This document shows, in pieces, positions 61,903-64,000 of a stretch of DNA of 64,000 nt (position 1 is the first letter of the stretch; the number at the start of each line of letters is the position of its first letter). The translations under genes were made by a program, and so were the position numbers. A model generated the notes under the pieces. It did no database searches, was not told where the DNA came from, and saw only the letters and a list, made by a program, of their open reading frames with translations. Origin of the DNA: Eledone cirrhosa (taxonomy: Eukaryota); assembly GCA_964016885.1 (NCBI GenBank), contig OZ024761.1, positions 4,278,001 through 4,342,000 on the forward strand, read 5' to 3'.

Positions 61903-64000
61903 TCATCATCATCATCGTTTAACGTCCATATTCCACGCTTGCATGGGTTTGGACGGGAGTTTTCCCACCTGAGGCAAGAGTGGTTGTCTTGCTCGCATAG
62001 GACTGTCTGGCGGGTTTTCTACGGCTGGATGCCCTTCCTAACACCAACCACGTTTACAGTGTGGACTGGGAGGTTTTTACCGTGTTACCTACACGGCCAC
62101 ATTACAGCGTGGACTGTGTGTTTTTTTGTCGTGACACCTACACGACCTCATTTGTTTCGGGCTGGATGTTGTGACACCAACATAACTTTACATTGAAAGG
62201 GGTGGTGTGGATGGGGTGGGGGTAGTGGGACGGGGGGGGGGGGGTATTTTGTTATAGGTGCCTACTGACTGTAGTAGGTTTCACTTTGTACTTAGGTAAG
62301 GCGGGTCTTCTCTATTACTGTGTAGCGCCAAAGCTCTCGCTCCAGTGACATTGTCTTGGAGAGGTGTAAGTGTGTGAGGTCGGAATTTATCAAGTCGTCC
62401 CAATTTTTTCTGGGTCTGCCTACTCCGTGGCTACCCTCTATTTTTATTGCCCTGCACTTTTTTATACAGCTGTCGTCTTTCATGCGCATCACGTGACCAT
62501 ACCAACGTAGTCTTCTCTCGAGTAAACAACATCTGATCCCTCTTATTTCTAATTCCTCCCTTAGTACGTTTATGCTTTGCCGTTCACGTATATTACTATT
62601 ACACATCCAGCGGAGCATGCAAGCTTCGTTTCTCTCCAGTCTGCTTATATCCTCTGCACACAATGCCCAGGTCTCACTGCCATGTAACATTGCTGTTCGT
62701 ATGCAGGCATCATACAGCCTGCCTTTCATTTTTAGAGAGAACCCTTTAGCGGCCAATAGTGGTATAAGCTCTCTGAACTTTTTCCATCCCGTTCTGACTC
62801 TAGCTACTGTACTTTCAGAGCACCCTCCCCCACTGCTGATTTTATCACCCAGGTAACGGAAGCTGTCCACTATTTCTATAGAACCATCTGTGCAATGGAA
62901 TGAGTTAGTATTCTGTGGGCACTTGCTGCTACTTATTGCACCAGAGCACCGGCCACATATAAAATCTATATTCTTAGTTAGCTTACCTGTGATCCCACTA
63001 CATCTTTTATGTACCCATACTTTGCATTTGGGACATAAAATGTAGTTTCTGCCTACTCCTTTCCTACACACTGAGCATGGCCATTTGCCAGATGGGACCG
63101 GTGCCCTATTTTCCTTCCTACAAACTAGAACTTTAGTTTTAGACAAGTTAACTTTAAGGCCTTTTGATTCTAGGCCATGCTTCCATGTTTGGAATTTCTT
63201 CTCTAGTTCAGCCATTGATTCAGCTATGAGCGTTAGATCATCTGCATATAGGAGTTCCCATGGGCAGCCGGTCTTGAACTCCTCTGTTATAGCCTGAAGG
63301 GCAATAATAAATAGTCGGGGGCTAAGGACGGAGCCCTGATGAACACCAACTTTTACGCTAAACTCTTCACTATATTCGTTGTTAATTCTAACCTTGCTGA
63401 CTTTCTCTATGCATAGCTCTCACAAGCCATTCATCAACACCTAGTTTTCTAAGGGCCCACCAGATAATCGAGCGGGGTACTCTGTCAAAGGCTTTCTCCA
63501 AGTCAACAAAAGCTAAGTATAGGGGTTTACTTTTAGCGAGGTACTTCTCCTGAAAAGAGCGTCTGTGGTACTTTTACCTGACACAAACCCGAACTGCATT
63601 TCATCTAGATCAATTCTCTCTCTGATTAGTTGCGCTATTACTTTTTCTGTGACCTTCATGACCTGGTCAATTAATTTAATGCCTCTATAGTTTCCCCTAT
63701 CTAGGGCATCACCTTTACCCTTGTAGCAGTTAATGATGATGCTGGTGCGCCAGTCCTTCGGAACGACCCCATTCTGTATGACTTGGTTTACTATCCGGGT
63801 TACCATAGTGTGTCCCACCGTTCCAGATGCTTTCAGCATTTTGGCAACTATTTCCGCAGGCCCGGCCGCCTTGCCCGTCTTCAGGTCTTTGATCGCCTTA
63901 CTTATTATACTACCTTCAACTAGCACTGCTGGTCCCTCTATTGGGTTGATGTGGGGGAGACTGTCTTTCTCCCAATTATTCTCCTCATTTAGTAGCCTTT
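61903..64000 (-). mobile_element. RTE LINE (RT, PHD, C-terminus, long 3' UTR) running off the window edge
   Basis: ORFs 63513-63926 and 62292-63215, with LYADD at about 63235-63250. The 3' UTR at 61903-62291 has tandem 48-bp-like units. Confidence 0.93.

Overview
This is a repeat-rich eukaryotic window. The repeat families suggest an invertebrate, probably a cephalopod, but that is inference. On the + strand, 3905-18507 holds the last eight coding exons of TYW1 (radical-SAM tRNA wybutosine synthase), all with GT-AG sites and compatible phases. On the - strand, three phase-compatible exons (57050-57107, 40033-40138, 28538-28872) form the 3' end of a gene I do not recognise. The rest is mostly mobile or repetitive DNA: decayed RTE LINEs with a PHD-type finger inside the RT domain, tRNA/CORE-type SINEs sharing RTE tails, a CRE-like RLE fragment, a non-autonomous Helitron, TTAA MITEs, an RTE/Penelope in-frame chimera, TE-derived minisatellites, very long TA/CA/GT/GA microsatellites, and a near-identical duplication (offset about 8.76 kb) across a 200-N gap that is probably a haplotype artefact. 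The most striking unannotated signal is a set of minimal type I hammerhead ribozymes from several unrelated sequence families. Most sit in fold-back inverted repeats inserted in (TA)n tracts, one is in a retrozyme-like partial tandem unit, and most lie in introns of the unknown gene.
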